From: Flaccisagitta enflata
Taxonomy: Eukaryota
NCBI GenBank assembly: GCA_965153355.1
Contig: OZ231126.1
Span: 22,878,001 to 22,942,000, forward strand
Length of the DNA stretch: 64,000 nucleotides
Direction of reading: 5' to 3'
A program made the translations under genes and the position numbers. A model generated the notes under the pieces. That model did not search any database. It saw only the letters and a program-made list of their open reading frames with translations, and had not been told where the DNA came from. Positions 59,218 through 64,000 of this stretch are shown in pieces (the first letter of the stretch is position 1; the number at the start of each line of letters is the position of its first letter).

Positions 59218-59709
59218 CACTGGTATGGTATTATTAAAACAAAAAAAAAAAGTATTAAGCTTTTGCTTCTAGACATTCATTTTCACATAACATAGATCCA
59301 TTTCTCTTAAAGTACTATGTTTGACGTTTTTGTATCTGTTCCAGGCCCGAGGTTGGATACTTTGTCCACAACATTAAATTGAAGTAAAGATTTCTAGAAA
59401 AGAAGCTCATTTTTTCAGCTCAAAATCTTCATCTTTAAACTGGAAAGTTTTTCTTTGATTTGCTCTCATTTGAAGACAACTTGAGCTATAAATGCCAGAT
59501 TGGTCTCAAATGGAAGAAAATTTGACTCTCTTTCATTTAAGACCAATGTAGCATATGTGGGAATAAGTCATTTGAACATCAGAACAATTTCAAAATAAAC
59601 TGCCCAGATGAAAAATCATTAAATCAGCTCAGCACATGAAAATATTCTGTTTACTTTCAAACGTGTTTTGAACAAACTGTTCAACTCAGACCCATGAAAT
59701 TTTGACATA

Positions 59710-59856
59710 AACAAGGCCGGATACATGGTACTCCAGTCGTGGACAGTTGGGCAGGAGCAGTAATGCGAAACCGCTCGGAATTCAAATGTTACGGACAGGC
59801 GGATGAAACAAACCTAGCGACCGACATGGCAAGGTGTAGAGTCGCGTGTCCGCGAC
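59710..59856 (-). mobile_element. HINE family A copy
   Basis: AACAAGGCCGGATAC...AGTCGCGTGTCCGCGAC. Confidence 0.7.
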
Positions 59857-60385
59857 CTTCAAAACATCAAGCATCTTTACTATAAGAGAAAAATGATTCT
59901 AGGTCATGAAGATGAAGCGTCATGAAGAAAAAGCTTAATACTTTTTGGCGTTTGATTTTTCATATTTCTATTTTCATATTTCATTCATTACTTTTTATTA
60001 TTTTTTTCTTTTCAATGTACTTTTTACAATTGTACTTTTTACAATTCTCATCACTTTTTTTCTTTTTCATTTACATTTAATGTTTTTTTCTCATATTTTC
60101 TAAATCAAATTCTTTGTAATTGTTTCCTTAATCATATTTCATGGTTGTATATATTTCACCAGTTGAGATTTGTGTTGATGGCATGAAAGCTAAAGTAAAA
60201 CAGATGATCAATAGTTATACTAACATATCAGAAACTGTGTTATCCTAAAGAAATGCTGAAATGAGTCTGTTTGTGAGTGTTCTCTCTCTATATATATATC
60301 TCTCTCTCTCTCTCTCTCTTATATATATATATCTCTCTCTCTCTCTATCTCTCTCCCTCTCTCTCTCTCTCTTTCTATCTCTCTA

Positions 60386-60449
<64 letters not shown>

Positions 60450-60542
60450 TCTTTTCAACTTCGAAAGTTTTTGTTTAAAAAAAAAAGTCTTGATTAAAAT
60501 ATTCGGCGTCTCCTCGAATTGAAGAAGACAGACAAAGGTGCA

Positions 60543-60665
<123 letters not shown>

Positions 60666-61361
60666 GCCCTCTGCCGTTCATTCTTCTCTTTTGTTGTCTC
60701 AGCCAAAATGAAAAAGAAGAAAAATAGACACGAAAATTTCTCTGCGGAGGTCTGAAGAGGGAAAATAGAAAACGTCAGCTGACTGAATATCTTTTTTCTT
60801 TTTAGATTCGTACTCGTATCTCTATAAGAGGGTCTGTCCGTCCGTCCGTCCGTCCGTCCGTGTGTCTGTTACGCCTCTGCTTAAATCACACCAAGCCATC
60901 TCAAATCACCCACCAACCACCCCCGACCATTTTTAGATGCGTCCTCGCATCTCTATAAGAGGGTCTGTCCGTCCGTCCGTTGGTCGGTCAGTCAGTCCGT
61001 CCGTCCGTCCCTTACGCCTCCTTGAAAATCGCAGTTTTCGGCAATTTTAAGCCGCGAGGATGTCACCCATCAAGTCAAAATGTCGTTAGGAGGTTTTTGA
61101 GAGCCATTTATGGTACTATGTCTTTTCATCTAACTCTCCGTACAAGTCCAGCGCCAAAGTCAATACACGCAGAGACACAGTCTGCACGCATCGTTGCCTG
61201 ATCGGGCTTATTTTTTTTAAGTCGCGGATACGCGACTGTATTCATTATGATATTGGTCCGTCAGTCGGTCGGTTGGTAACAAATTTCGTTTGTGAGTGAA
61301 TTTTACATTATCGCCCCTGCCCAACCGTATGCTAAATCTTATTCTACTACTGTCCTTTCTT

Positions 61362-61461
<100 letters not shown>

Positions 61462-61638
61462 TGTCAAGCCGTCTGCTGCACTTTCAAATCCCACCTACCG
61501 AATGTCATAAGAAATGTCAGCAGAAACGTCCCCAGAAATCATTCTCTCCAAAGTTGATAACGAAAACTTCACTTGACTGGTTTGCTTCTTTTTCTTTCCC
61601 TTCCATTCTTTCTTTCTATCTTTCTTTCTTTCTTTCTT

Positions 61639-61702
<64 letters not shown>

Positions 61703-61704
61703 TT

Positions 61705-61740
<36 letters not shown>

Positions 61741-62136
61741 TTTCTTTCTTCAATCTTAACGGCATTTCTTATTCTGTCTAAACGCGGCTTTTAAAGAAGG
61801 GTGAAAGCATAAATATTCTGATTTCATGATAAGAATTGCCTCATTTCTTCAATCTTTTTTTTTCATTTTCAGATTCATTTCCAGACAAAAATGCGAGAGT
61901 AATAGGCATGAAACAACTTTAAAAGTTACCAATAATATCCCAAAACATTGATTCAAGATGCACCATCATTCTTGTTCCCATCTCCATTCATCCAGACTAT
62001 TTTTCTCCACTTTTCATTTGCTTTTCCTTCAGTCGTCTATTAGCCATGAATGAATGCGAAAAAAGTCGGAAATAGCAGTTCTTTTTTTCTTTCATCCATT
62101 TTTGGGGAGGAGCACCATGAAATATGCAGTTTTTGC

Positions 62137-62219
<83 letters not shown>

Positions 62220-63263
62220 AAAATAGAAAGCGAGAGAGAATATTTTAAGTAAAACCCAAACCGAGTTGAGTCATTTAGATATGTATGAAATGAAATGAAA
62301 TACATGTATTTCTCTGGGTATCTAGTCTACACGAGTACAATTGTTATAAATTAAATTTCCAGATGGATTGCAAGTAAGCCAAAAATCCTACGTAGAGTAG
62401 TAAAAACAGAATGGATAGAGGCAACATTACAATAACAGTGTGATAATAAAGTGTAAGGGAAATCCACTTATGTTGTTGGAAGCTTGAAAGCTGCAAACCA
62501 GATAAGGAACGGATTGGTTAAGATTGTGGACTAAAACAATGAAAGATGATATCGGAGTTTCTTGAAAAAGATCCTCCTCCCGTCATCCAGCTCCCAACAG
62601 CCGACTTGTCAAGAGTTGCAGGCGTATGGAAGGCATGGTAACACGGATATCGTCATGAGCGGCGTTGAGAAGTGAACTAGGCTGTCGGGAGAGCAAATCT
62701 AGGAGAAGGGAGGAGAGAAGTTTGTTAATTCACAGGAACTTGAACCAGAAGTAGGTTGTTTTTTTTTTACTTAGTTACAAAGAAAGGACTCATGTGGAAG
62801 CCAGGAAAGACAACCAGAAGATATATATGTCCTCCTCTCTGTGTTCTTACTTATGAATGATTAACGGGGCATGAAAAGAAAGCGAGAAAAGAGGATCTGC
62901 AACCTCTTTTCCTCTTTCTTAAAGGCAGATACGATAAGTTGTGTGGGAAATTCCTTGGCTAATAAAAGGGTTGGAGAGAAGACATTGAAGGGTTGGGTTT
63001 CCAATACAAGAAACACACGCACGCGGCAATAAAAAGAATAAAGGGAAGATTCATAAGCAGAGAGACACTCATGACGAACTTTTAAAATGAATTGCTCATA
63101 AAAACTAACGTTTGGATGGGGCAGTGAGAGGAGGCAGTGGGAGGAGGACTGATGTATACAGAGGGAGAGAAAGAAGAAGAAGAAGAAGAAGAACAAGAAG
63201 AAGAAGAAAAACAAGAAGAAGAAAAACAAGAAGAAGAAAAAGAAAAAGAAAAAGAGAAAGAGA

Positions 63264-63328
<65 letters not shown>

Positions 63329-63572
63329 TGAGAGTTAGCGAGAGAGAAAGAGATGTGAGAGAGTGAGAGAAAAGCGATCATTTTTTACAACGGGGCAATA
63401 ACACTATAAAAGAAAAGGAGATAGGATACTTTAGTAAGCGACCCCCTTGATCGTTGCCTGACGAGCCTTCGCTCTGCAGACTCCCTCTACAACATCAACG
63501 GACGTATAAAAACCTCTAAACCGAGTCGTAAAAACGGTCATTATAATCAGCACTAAGAAGAACGATGGCACT

Positions 63573-63650
<78 letters not shown>

Positions 63651-64000
63651 ATGAATGAAACAACGAATAAATCTATGAATGAATGAATGAATGAATGTAT
63701 GAATGAATGAATGAATGAATGAATGAATGAATGAATGAATAAATGAATAAATGCATGAGTGAATGAATAAATGTTTGAATGAGTGTATGAATGAATGATC
63801 TAGTGAATGAATGAATAAATGAATGAATAAATGAATAAATGATTGAATGATTGAATGATTGAATGATTGAATGATTGAATCAGGGCTCGGCAAAGTAGCC
63901 GAGCGCGCGAGCGGCGCTCGCAGGAAGCTAGCTAGGCCAGCAGGAAGGGAGGGAAGGAAGGGAAAGAAGGAAGGGAGAGAAAAAGAGTCAAAGGAAAGGA

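Noticed and set aside
61928-62700. Possible minus-strand exons (MEMGTRMMVHLESMFWDII with a phase-1 donor; LLSRQPSSLL...GAG* after an acceptor at about 62699)
   Set aside because: Splice-like signals only; no homology or signal peptide supports them.

Overview
Eukaryotic, AT-rich window dense in microsatellites and transposons; an invertebrate source, possibly crustacean, is inferred from repeat and gene content and not proven. Most ORFs in the supplied track are microsatellite artefacts. Two host-type genes are supported, both on the minus strand. (1) A 1019-aa single-exon CDS (7691-10750) with an apparent permuted papain-fold (PPPDE/NlpC-P60-like) His/Cys domain interrupted by a transmembrane hairpin, then a degenerate NERD-like segment and a complete SF1/Schlafen-type helicase. 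(2) A spliced gene missed by the ORF track (5 exons, 54001 to 34749) encoding a kringle domain fused to a 12-Cys domain; one of its splice acceptors is exactly duplicated. Mobile DNA: a 4.5-kb hAT element carrying an intact LINE ORF1 without ORF2; a decayed Penelope-like element (RT + GIY-YIG) with a hammerhead-like motif; a tandem array of LINE 3' ends with (CAA)n tails; CAC...GTG elements with 4-bp TSDs (Chapaev-like); hAT and Tc1/mariner MITEs; several Helentron-type (HINE/DINE-1-like) families, often nested; and a 46-bp satellite inside a hAT element. Family assignments come from reading motifs by eye; no searches were run.
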